NCBI RefSeq assembly: GCF_009834535.1
Contig: NC_045696.1
Coordinates: forward strand, 16,990,001-17,054,000
Direction of reading: 5' to 3'
Length of the DNA stretch: 64,000 nt
Source of the DNA: Camelus ferus
Lineage: Eukaryota
Shown in pieces: positions 52,520 through 64,000 of this stretch. A model generated the notes under the pieces. It was given only the letters and a program-made list of their open reading frames with translations, ran no database searches and was not told the origin of the DNA. The translations under genes and the position numbers were made by a program. Every line of letters begins with the position of its first letter. Position 1 is the stretch's first letter.

Positions 52520-53575
52520 AGTGGCAAGCAATTACTCCATAAAAATATTTGACTTCAGAAAGTGTATTTTACTGCCGATCACTTAGGATATGTTGTTGGT
52601 GTCTAAAATATTTGAGATCCATTCTTTAACCTTTCAGTATTAGCATCCAATTTGTATCATTTCCTGAATAACAATATAAAGGTAGACTGATTTTTTTCAA
52701 TTTCTTGAGACATATTAATGAGTCATACAGAATGATAAGATTAATAGGAAACTATATCCTTAAAGTTACGAGAATTAGAATATTCAAAATGTTTTTCATC
52801 ACAGGGGAGAATATGCTTATTAATTATCAACTTGGAAAATTGAAATGGTACACTTCAGTTCATCATAAAAATGTAATATTACTCAAGTGGTAAAAACTGA
52901 ATAAATGTATTTCTTAGAGCATTACTTGAAAAATTGAAAAAAATGTTCTCCTCCCACAACGAGGGAGCTCTGATTTAGCTAGTTCTTACTGGTGGTTTTT
53001 TCCAATGTTAGTAACAGTGTCTTGTATCGTAATTACAGAGTATAACCATGTGGGTGACTATTTTATTAACTATGATTTCTCAATTGAATCTGTTAATTTA
53101 ACAAGGGATAAATGTCTAGTTCTCAGCAATTATCTTAAAATAGGTAATAACAGTGAAGTTCTTCATAATACTTCATAAATACCCAGCCAACTCTTGTCAA
53201 TTAATTTAATTTGCTCAGTGGAATTTAGAAGACCTTTGTAACATATTCTGTAGATTTGTCTAGTCACAATGTAAATAAGAAGCTTAATCAAGTTGTAATA
53301 CAAAGGAAAATGAGTTTCCTTTTATAGAATTTTGCTTGATTATAAAAGGTAAGTAAAATCTGTTGAATGTTCAGAGAAGTATTAAAGATACTTATATTTG
53401 TATGGGGCATATATTCAGCTACTTTGATTCTTTTTGGGGATGAAGCCTGCAGATAAATGTATAGGTAAATAAACCACAGAATTTTAACTTTAGATTGTTC
53501 TGAAGTTTTGCAGTTACCTAACAAAAATGGCATGCATGTATACGTATATGATGGTAATGTACATGATTGTAATGT

Positions 53576-53576
<1 letters not shown>

Positions 53577-53620
<44 letters not shown>

Positions 53621-53627
53621 TATATAC
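53577..53627. repeat. (TA)n(CA)n compound microsatellite
   Basis: Direct reading of the sequence. Confidence 0.9.
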
Positions 53628-53838
53628 AATCTTCAAAATTTAAGTAAATTTGCTAGTTATTGACTTACACAGTTTTTCATGAAGGAATTTTGTGAGACAG
53701 ATTAAAGACAGGAAGACAAGAAAGTGCAGGACAGTGTCTCTCTAACACCTTTCATCTCTAAAACATTAAACTACATTCAGTTATCAAGGATAGAGACCTT
53801 CCTTGAGGACAAAGGATAATGAAATTGAACTTTCAGAG

Positions 53839-54100
53839 GTTTTTTTTTTTTTTTTTGGTGAACTCTTCTGGTTTGGTATCAGGGTGGTGTTAGCCGTGTA
53901 GAATACTTTTGAAAGCATTACTTTCTCTGCAATTTTTTGGAATAATTTGAGCAAGATATGTGTTAACATTTCTCTAAAAGTTTGGTAGAATTCATCTGTG
54001 AAGCCATCTGATCTTGGACTTTTGTTTGTTGTGAGTTTTTTTTTTAATTATTGATTCAATTTCATTACTGGTAATTAGTCTGTTTATGTTTTCTATTCTT
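53839..54100 (-). mobile_element. Isolated internal LINE-1 ORF2 fragment (start of the RT region) ending in an A-run
   Basis: Minus strand encodes KSKIRWLH/DGFTDEFYQTFREMLTHILLKLFQKIAEK...TTLIP, matching L1 'KSPGPDGFT.EFYQTF...ILLKLFQKI...ITLIPKP'. Confidence 0.9.
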
Positions 54101-54588
54101 TTCCTACCATCTTTCTTTCCTCCCTCTCTCCCTCCCTCCTCTCCCTTCCTCCCCCACTCCACCTCCATTTAGTTGATATAATTTGGTGTATGGGGTTCCT
54201 TAATCCACTTATATTTCTAAGGTTCCTTCTCCAGAGAACATCAAATCAGCATGGTCACAGTTAGGAACCTCACTCACCACAATGTTTGCTTTATTGGGTT
54301 CAAAGATCCATCTGAACTTCAGTGGCTGTGATGCAGGGGTGCCATAAGTGTGTTCTCCTACAATCTTGAGGATCACAATCTTTGTTTTGACAGAGGCATA
54401 CACAGCAAAAGAATTTTATAGGGTTCTAGTGAACCATCTGCCTTGAGGAGTTGTGGATCTCAGTAATTCATATCTTAAATAACGACTGCTCTTCAAATAT
54501 TGGCTGTTCTTCCTCCTTATGTGTGACCATCCAATGGGGTCATATATCACATACAGTATAATTTTCTCCCTTGACTTCAGTGTCATTT

Positions 54589-55179
54589 TGTTACCGAACT
54601 CAGGTCTGGCTTCTCACCACTCAAAAATCTATACCTGTCAATCAAAACATCAAAAAAGCAATTGTTGGTAGAAAGGAAAATTGCTTTTAATCAGAATGCT
54701 GTCAATCTGGGGAGAAGTCGGATTCATGTCCTGCCAAAAATGAACTTCAAAGATTCTGCTCAGCCATGAAAGTTTTCGAAGAGGGCGAGTAATCTCAGTT
54801 AATCATTGAGGTACGGGATCAAACTCAAACTCCCACTCAATCTCCCACTGTGTGCAGAATTGTCAACTCCTTGTGGTCTTTCTTTAGATGTTACCTTGTT
54901 CATGCAGTCTGTTTATGAGATTACTGAAGGGGAAGATAGGGAAGAGATCTGGTCGTCAGTTAATTACTTACTCTTCATTTTTACTTCTTTGACCTACAGA
55001 AAGTATCAACAGGTTAGGCAAAGTATTGTGTGATTTTAAGATCTGAAGGATGTGCTTGGGCCGGGGACGAGTTGAGCACGAGGATGCCTGGTTTAAGGTT
55101 AGTTACAATACAGCTTTGCTAAGATGACAAGAAAAGGGGTTTCCTGCTGAGGGCAGTTTCCTGCAAAGAGCTGCTTACA
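54589..55179 (-). mobile_element. ERV1 solo LTR with a perfect TSD
   Basis: TGT...ACA termini flanked by ATTT (54585-54588) and ATTT (55180-55183); several CpGs retained. Confidence 0.88.
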
Positions 55180-57169
55180 ATTTGTGGCTTCTGCTGGAAT
55201 TGAGACCCATGATTTATTCTAAGACACACTGAGAAGGTACTGGCAAGACAAAATTATACTTGAAAACATGTACAATGTTTTTGTGTACATACATCAGAAA
55301 TTCTATAGGAGAGTAAGTTTTCAGTTTCCAATGGGAAATTCGAAACCAGTTTTCTTCAGAGAAACTGTATTTGAAATAAACTGATTTCATTTGGAATTGT
55401 TTGATTTTTCTTTTCCCCACAAGGTATTTATAGTAAAGTAATAATCATTTATTTTGTTTCTACAGTTGAAATAAAACTTTAATGTCAATGTATAAAAATA
55501 CATAATTTGGTATGCAGTTGACATTTCTAAACTGTTAAATATTTTTGTTAAAACATAGAAAATGATAAAATTGTTGGCATATTGCTTTCTTTTTTCAGCA
55601 TTAAGCTTTTATCCACAAGCAGAAAGGGCTACTGAGAACTAATACGCTCTCCTTCATATGTTGATCCCTGTTTATTTTTTCTAACTGGACTTTCTACAAT
55701 CAATTCTTAACTGTATATATCACAATTTTGATGCACTCAAAGTCAGTGACTTCCTGACTCATGTCCCTGCTCCTTTGTGGGTGTTTATAGTAGTTTTAAC
55801 CCTCTCATAAACCATAACTTAATTTTTAGCTCAAAGTTATGGCTGAACTGGCATTTGCCTAGAATGCTGAAAGATCATTTCTAGAATAAGGTAAACAGAA
55901 GGAATCGGAATTCTACCAACATCCTCAAGCAGAGATCCAAGTTCCCTCCTCTGTAATCATCACCATATACATAAAATAGCAATTTACAACATGGACATAT
56001 AGACTTGTTAATCAGCTTGAATCTTGCTCTAGGCAAGGGCAATAATAGTCTCTTGAACAATTAGTTTGGGCAATATGATTTGGGAAAATTACCCCTGAGT
56101 ACTTTTTTTAAAGTACTGAATTAATTGTTAAAGGCATGATGCAGAAAGTTAACTCCCGTGGTCACCGGGGATCAGGGACTCACTGTATTTCACAATGTCA
56201 AAGAAAATTCATTGCCAGTAGAGCAATGTGAGTGACACCTGTAAGCGCTGGGTTATATTCCATTTAGTCAATGTTGGGTTGATTAAAATTGATGTTTACA
56301 GGCAAAGTTACTGTTTTAGTCTTATTTGGCACATTTTTAAAGGGAGTCAAAGAAGAGGGTGATCATTTATTTTCTCTGACTTTTAATTAATTCTAAATAT
56401 TATAATTAATGTGCAATATTTTGGTTCATATTTGAAAAGCAAAACCCCCAGGTAAACATCTTCTTCATCCAAACCATTTTTTTTACGGAATTTGTTTAAA
56501 GTTGTCTGATCACAGGAAAGCTTAATAAATAGTTCTAGTTGAATATCATTAATATATTTGGGTTGAATTGAGCCTTCTTAGAAACAGCAAATATTTCGAG
56601 GCAGGAAAATAGAAATTTATTAACCAAATTTTCTATTTTTCAGATAAAACCTGTTTTTGTGAAACAGCTTTTCCAAAACATTGTTAATGAGGATGAGAGC
56701 AGGAATTAAGTTTTTGTCTGTTAATGCCAAGTTGATCCCTTGTCTTCAGTCTTCTCTGTATCCAGGTTTGTGCTATATTGATTCTATATTGGTAAATGAA
56801 GTTCTTTAACTTGTTTTGACAATAAGCATGCACACTAGAATACATTTGCATATGTGTTGATGATTTTATTTGCTATCAATTTTCAGTTTTTATTTTTGCT
56901 TTTGTATATAGATATTCTTTCCTGTACTAGTCATTTTATAGCAAAGGATGTGGTCCTAGTTTTGGCTACAAATGTTCATAAACTAAATTTTAAATAAGTT
57001 TTAAATAAAATTCACTTATGAGGTTTGATTTTGGTGTTTATAGAAAGTAAACTGTCCATGAAGAATATATTTCTTTTTTAAACGTCTAAAAATTTAAACA
57101 CTTTTCATAATAAAATCAAATATTTTCCTACTTTCTCATGAGGCTTTGCCTTGCTTGGAAATTTCTTTA

Positions 57170-57690
57170 TGTGTGAAGAACTTCTGGGGAGAGGTGGGGA
57201 GAAAGCTCCCCAGAACAGATGCTTTTGGTGCCCTGGCTGTGACTTTTTTTGAGTTTCACTCTGGGTATGTACACCAGTGGTTTCTTACTGAGAGAGAAGC
57301 CAGTCTTCTCTGGATGTAAGAGCAAGTTCCACGCACAAAAAGGACAGGGTTGCTGAGGAGCTGAAGACTCTTGGAACAAGTCCTTGGCAAGAAGGAAAAG
57401 AAGTTGGAGGATAAATAACCATTTTCCTCTCTTCTCAGGAGGATAACCCACAAGCTGACCCCATGCAGTCTCCCAGCTGAGTCAGAAGGAGTTCCAGTTG
57501 CCCAACCTGGTAACTTGTTTTGTCTTCTTTTTATTAAATTGAAGTATAATTGGTTTACAATATTCCTTTTCATACTCTTTTTCATGCCCTGTTTATCTTC
57601 TTTTCCTTCTCTCCCTTACTTCCCTACTCCCACTCTTCCTAGGATTACACCCAAAATAACGCAGACTGGGGTAATCCTAGCAAAGCATTC
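57170..57690 (+). mobile_element. Probable old ERVL LTR remnant carrying a roughly 40-nt L1 tail insertion (57528-57564, minus strand)
   Basis: GC-richer block with an LTR16-like pyrimidine end; the insert TTGAAGTATAATTGGTTTACAATATT is the L1 3' terminus seen elsewhere in this window. Confidence 0.4.
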
Positions 57691-59061
57691 TCAAGCGTCT
57701 GATTTATAAGTCATAGAATGTGAAGACGTTTATATAATGACTGGAGGTTTGAAGTAAAACAAATAATCGGACTCTTGTTCCCTACTCAAGTCATGAGCTA
57801 TGACAATAGTAGTCAGAAGATGAAGGGCAAAATACATCATTGATGCAGATGATCTTGCAGAGTCTAGGTTACATCTGAGGGCAGGAAAGCTTCCTAAGAG
57901 CCAAACCCACTATCATAAAAATTAATCACCTAGTCACAGATATAACTCAACCTCCACAGCCAACTCACGCATTCCTCTCTGGCTTGTTCCTTTGCCTCTG
58001 CAAATCTCAGGGGGCAGGGACTCTTAAGGCCAATTGAAAGCAGGTAATATTCTATGAGGAAAAGAAAGGAACTGCCTAGTTAATTCTTTCTAAATTTACC
58101 AGTGAGAATTCATGCCTCACTTTTGTGGGCACGAGTGAGTAAGGAGGGAAACACAGGACCCTCTTGTTGTTAGTGGAGCTTCTGCCATATGGAAGGAAAA
58201 AAATAAATCAGGTGTAGAATGGAATCATTGCTTTGCCTGCCAAAAGTGACCAACTTGATTCCACAGTGGGTACTTCTGTAATTGTACAGAGTTAGCCCAA
58301 GTGTATATGTTGCTTTTGATTTCTTTTTGTCTTCTGGTTGATGGGCTGTTTTTGATTCATCTTAGCCCAGGCAAAATGCAGGTTCCTTACTGTATCTTTT
58401 ATGTATCTTTCACTCTGCCTGGCTTCCTTTATTCCTTCTAGATAACTGAGCACAAAAGACTAGTTGATTCATATTTTCTTATAGTGCAAACATGAAATAA
58501 ACTGTGATGAAAAACTTTGTTAAATTTTCCCTCCAAAATGTTCTAAACTAAAACATTTCTAACTCTTAAGTTCACTCTTAAGTTAAGTTTACCCTTAACT
58601 GTGGGGTCTCACTTTCTTTATCTATACTATCATGCACAGTATCAGATGATGGAGGGTCTTTCAGATCAAACAATTCATGGTTCCATTATAATATCTTGAA
58701 TTCTCCTTATTTTTAAAAGATGATTGCTTGTTTGTAAGAGTGATTCTGCTTTCCTTTTTGATTACTTTTATTATAGACAGGTGTAACTTGGAAAAATTAC
58801 TTTGGAATACACTGAAATCTACATTTACCTACTCCATTGTTTTATGCAATCTTTGGCTCTCTGAAATAAAGTATTTATTTTCTATAGCATTCAGGAAAAA
58901 TGTCTATCTTTATATTTTTAAATCTTCAATAATCTAAATCAGACTGGAAATCATGTATTTTGGTCTGCAGTTTTTCTGTAAATGTAGATTAACCTTTCCT
59001 GCTTTTTTCTCCCTCTATTCCCTAATATTTTCCCATCTTCAGTCACATCCATGACCTTTAA

Positions 59062-59141
59062 CTTTTTTCTTCTTCTTTTCTTCATCTTTCCCTTACTTCC
59101 TACTTTCCTCCCTTCCTTTTTCTTTCTTTCTTTCTTCTTCC
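59062..59141. repeat. CT-rich polypyrimidine low-complexity tract
   Basis: Direct reading of the sequence. Confidence 0.8.
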
Positions 59142-61849
59142 ACGGTGGATGCAGGACCACCAAGGGGCATGGAGACAGCAGTTCCCACCGGCTCCCCTTT
59201 GGAATGCCCCAGGGATATCTGGGCCAGACAGAAAGGTCAGACTTGGCTTTAGATCCCAGTGCTTCGAGAGGGTTGCCAAGTAACTTTTCTATGACATTTT
59301 AGCTCCACTTTCCAAACCTGTTCTTCCCACCTCCTCCTCCAAGTGTGCATTATCTACTTCCTGTCATCCCTTATTCAGTAACATTCACAGTGGTTATGCT
59401 TTCTTGATGCACAAAATTTCAGTAAATAAGTTCAGAAGTGGCACCCAGTAGTTCTGTAATGAAATTTCTTCTCCTTACTGCACGCATGGCAAAGAGTCTG
59501 CTCTTATGACATAAAATCTGAAGGAAGCTCTAGGGACCACAGCAGTAGACTCATTCCTTTTGTGCCACACAGTACCAGAATCCAAGTAAATTATCCTATG
59601 TTCTGGATTTTAAAAATCATTCAGAATTCACAGCAAGAATTACCAAATAATGACCATGATAATGTAATCAGGGAAACCGTGGTCATTACATGAAAAGCAA
59701 TGCCAAGTCTCATTGATTTCTGTTACCAATTAGTATGCATTGAACAGTCTCTCTGTAATTATTATGATATTGGATGTCCAGCAAAGCTAATGGAGAAACT
59801 GTTCACTTCAGGAAAAGTGCGTGTTTTAAAAAGCTGTAAGTGATTGGTTTCACAGGACAAAAATAACACTTATGCATGTTTGAATCAGTTTCTGAAAAAT
59901 CATGATAACATATTTTAAAAATTAAAAGTAGTTGAAAGAAAGTAGACTTCTTGGCCTCTCTTCTATGTGGCGTATTATTTCTTAAAGAGAATAACATCTT
60001 AATCTGTGTCAACACAATCATTCATTAGATGGTTCCTGCCATGTTACCATTAAGAATTTCAATTCAGAGGATATTTTCCTGCCCACATGAATTAATAATA
60101 GATGGAATTCTCACTTTTAGATTAAAAAAACCTGATTATGAAAATTGAACCTTTAATCAGTATTATCAAGATTACTTCTATATATTTTGTAGGTTATAGA
60201 AGATTTGAAACCCAGCTTCTAATGTGGCTAGAAAAACCTTCAAATCAATTTGTGTTTGTTTGTGTGGAAGACATGGGTGTGTATAGGGGGTCTCTCTGCT
60301 GGGTATTTTTCCGTAAGGAATTTTGTTTTTATCTCATCCATTCCTCAGAGAAATAATGGTACCCTTGCTGGTTGATCGAAGATTGTCTTTATTGAAAAAG
60401 ATTTTGTGGAGAAAATAAAGCCAATAGAACTTCAGTCTCATTTGGAGGCTTGCTCTAAATCCAGGTGGGACTTTACAATAAGGAGAAAAAGTATAGAAGC
60501 AGATTGAGATCTGTCAACAACCTCAGATTTATTCTGATATCATGAAAACCTCTTTTCTGTACAGCAGTTTCTGAACACAAGGAGACTGAAACTACTAGAG
60601 GGCCAGTTAAGAGAAAAATAACAGTAATTAGTGTGCTTGGACAAAAATCTATGAGGCAGAATTATTTCATTAGCCTTTATTTATAGCCTGAAGAAGACAT
60701 TTCTATTATATTTTTCTCTTTGATGGTCCCCACTAAGCAACTTTGTAACTGGAATTCTAACATGATCTGATATAAGGAAACATTCTAATTACTTCAAAAA
60801 GATTTTGCTGAAGTGTAAGATGATAAAATGGCATGTTGGTGAGTTAGATGCATGCATATATACAATATACATGCATAGCTCCATATATGATGAGTTTTTT
60901 GGTGTTCCAATAGTATTGAATGGAAGATGGTGTAGTTCAATTTGTACCTTCAGACAACAGTCTATGAGATGGTTAAGTTACTAAGTTAGAGACAGACTTC
61001 AGCAAGAGGTATTAAAATTGCAGTGAAATCACCAGCATATTGTCAGTGAATAGCTTTCACCTTGGACAAGGGTATCAGAAAATATACAGGTAAACAGAAA
61101 GGCTTCATTATCTGTCAGTGTGCTTTGAATCCTACTTTAATTATCACAATACTGTTAGTCACACTTGAAACACAGATATAATGATAGGAGTTTAATCTAC
61201 ATTCAGTGGAGTATTGAAACTTCTTCTGAGACTGTAATAATTGGTAATGTCAAGCTTAACACTTAGAGGCAGTAGATACAATAATTATATTGATAAGTAA
61301 TGAGAACAAGTATCTATCTATTGGTGGTAGGAACAGCAAAGACAGCTTGACTTAAAAGATAATTTTGAAATGGAACCTAAAGTGATTTTTTTTTTTTTTT
61401 GACAGAATGGCTAGAGATAGAGAAAGTCTGAAAATTCAATCAAGTAATAAAACCAGGCCAACAGGAAGAATGCTGAGGCTTTAAGAAAATAAAGAAGTCA
61501 GGAGGAGAAACTAATTTAGTACAGATGTAATGAGTTTAGTTTCAGTCATGCTGAAATTAAGGGACTGGAAGAACATTCGGGAACTTGAGAGCTAACTTTC
61601 ATTTGGAATGTAGACTTGAGGGTCATTCAGTTGCACCTTTAAAACAGAATAAATCACTAAAGTTGACAGGTGATAGATAAGATAAATAAGATAATCTTTG
61701 TATACATATTATTTCTGCCAAATTTTAAGTTTATTGTATAAGAGGACACTGCTTATTCATCTTTGTACTACTTAGAGTTAAATCTCAATAAATTAATAAA
61801 AGTACCTGTTTTATTTTAAGGAAAGAAACCTTATGTAATACTGTCTCAC

Positions 61850-62085
61850 ACAGTACTTTGCAACCTGGTTACGCATTAGACACACAGGTAATATTTTCAA
61901 AACCACCAATTCCTCAACCCTAATTCCAGATCTCAGAATTGGGGGTGGGGGTGGGGGTGGGGGGGAGGTATGTCTCATAGAACTAATTTGAAAATCTCCA
62001 TTATCGCCTTAAACTTAAAAACAATATAACAATTGGAAATATTCTGAGCATTTGAACCTGGTTGATAATGAGTGGACCATGACTT
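61850..62085. mobile_element. MER5-like MITE remnant containing a (GGGGGT)n tract
   Basis: CAGTACTTTGCAACCTGGTTACGCATTAGA start; internal G-runs at 61941-61965. Confidence 0.45.
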
Positions 62086-64000
62086 GTGTTTGTGTTCCTG
62101 TGGCAGAAGACTAAAAATGACTGGAAAAACGAATTGGATAAAATATTATATTTACAAACCATACTTTTCATGATGTTTATATTGACACTAGGCTACAGGT
62201 TTAGTATTTTTATTGAAAAAAGTGTGTGCCTTAGAACACAGATTATTAATGTACTGCATTTGGCCAAGTTTGCCTTTTTCATAAGAAAAGAGGACAACTT
62301 ATTCTAACATACATTCCTAATATGTATATTTTAAATGACCATCAAAGATTTACATCAAAGTATGACTTGTTAACTAAATCAGCAATTTGCTCTCAGAATT
62401 GAAGCATAATAAAAATATTTGCTAATTGCTTTGCTTTTTTTTTTTTTGTAATTCTCTGAAAACAGAGAGCTCCTATTTAGAATTTAACTTTTACATTCAC
62501 CTTATTTTGATTCTATTATTTTCTTATACAAGAGAGGCATTAGGTATATTTGGTCCATATTTTTGCTGTTAGTTAATTAGTTTTATAATTAATTTTTTTA
62601 GAAAAAAGAAAAATGAAGCTTTTAAAGTGGTAAAATTTTTTTGAAAGTTGAAATCTTAATACCTTTTGTACCAGAGATTAGTGCACAAAATGTGATGGTG
62701 ACATGAAAAAAGGACAAAACAGCCAGCAGGAAGGAACACTCATAGACTCAAATCCGGGAAATTTTGAGTTTCAAAACCAATGACAGTGCTGGATCATAAC
62801 CCACTTAAATATTTAAGAATCCATCAATATGACTTAATGAAAAACAAATGAACAGACTATTCATTGGGAAAGTTGACTTCCAAAGTAGAATGTCAATTAA
62901 TATATGTGGAAAATTGATGGAATTTTATTCTGTGCTCAAATTAAATAACTTCTGTTTCTGAAATTACATTATTTTGGAAATCAGATGAATCTCTTTGTGT
63001 TAAATTGTCATAAACTGTTGTGACACATTTTATGGGCTTCTGTTGCCTTTCTTTTTCTTACTTGAAAATCAGATGCATCTGGCAACTCTTTTAAGTCAAT
63101 GAAATTTATTAATTATTTCCCATTATTTCAGTTATGATGTATGATGACTTTCACACTGTGAGACTTCCAAAATAGCTAAACCTGATGCTTTTGCTTTCCT
63201 TGTTTGAAGATGATGACAAAGAGTTCTCCTGAGAAAGTGACCACCTGGGTCCAGTTAGCTGTTCCTAGTCACCCCAGATTTTCCTACTAGAGAGTTGAAA
63301 TGTGTTCATATTCCACTTGCTACTTACTGATTACAATGCCTTTCAACTTACTTGAATCCGTTTGATAGGAATACCTCCTTTATTGTAATCAATATTTTAC
63401 AAAATAGATGCCCACTTACTTGGCACTGCATTTGTTTGATTTTTGAATTTTACAGTCTCAACTGAATAATTTATCAATGTTAATAACAAAGGGAATATCC
63501 AAAACCACATATACGATGTAAAAGATCTCCAGATTTACATTTTTATAGAGTTAATATATTTCTGAAAATAAGTCCCTTGTAAGCCCATTACTCATTAAGT
63601 TTGAATATTATGATTCAAATTATTTAACCCTGTATACATGAAAGAGAGAATTTCTGCATTGTAAAAATATGAATAAATTTCTTATCATTATCTTGTATTT
63701 GATAGAGAAAAGGTCTGGTAAGAGGCAGCTTCTCATTTGGCCCTGAGAACCTAAAATATTATTTCTGTTAGATGAATGCCTTTTCATTATGATTATAGTA
63801 ATGGTCATAGAAAATCACACATCTAGCAAATCTGAATTAAAGTAATATTCTTGAGTCCAACACATATTTGAGCTTGTTTTATCATTACATGACACATTAT
63901 TATTAAGGTAGAGAATTACTTAATAAAAGTGGCTAGGGAAGCCTCAAACTCTCAAGGAAAATAATTCAACACATTTTCAAGAGAAAAAAATAAAAACTCT

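Noticed and set aside
54190..54588. Possible ERVL/MaLR internal remnant flanking the 54589 LTR
   Set aside because: Only a compositional impression; no motif I can identify.
56644..56709. Strong acceptor followed by a short open frame (IKPVFVKQLFQNIVNEDESRN*)
   Set aside because: No recognisable homology or partner exon; such acceptors are common in T-rich DNA.
58951..59302. Lys/Arg-rich and Phe-rich ORFs
   Set aside because: Both are translations of the CT-rich low-complexity tract.
1..64000. The short six-frame ORFs as protein-coding genes
   Set aside because: All are 130 aa or shorter, many start at TTG or GTG, many lie in repeats or low-complexity DNA, and none chains into a consistent exon structure. 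Only the L1 ORF2 remnants are recognisable.

Overview
AT-rich, CpG-poor mammalian genomic DNA, either intergenic or deep in an intron. The L1 3' ends look cetartiodactyl, and the tail at 9793-9877 resembles the camelid-type L1 end as I recall it (not database-checked). I find no supportable protein-coding gene, RNA gene or CRISPR array. The only ORFs with recognisable homology are broken LINE-1 ORF2 remnants. The window is a fossil record of transposable elements: L1, L2, MIR, hAT MITEs (MER5, MER20, MER58, MER81), MaLR and ERVL LTRs, a degenerate ERVL-like LTR-internal junction, and about nine ERV1-type solo LTRs, several with visible target-site duplications (TSDs). The non-repeat stretches hold a few regulatory candidates: a CpG-enriched domain at about 44.8-46.7 kb, an NKX/FOX/homeobox motif cluster at about 22.5 kb, and an RFX X-box at 11.2 kb. 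There is also one clear 61-bp templated duplication spanning an LTR-flank junction. I did not find convincing evidence of a novel biological system. All repeat family names come from recalled consensus sequences and need RepeatMasker/Dfam confirmation.
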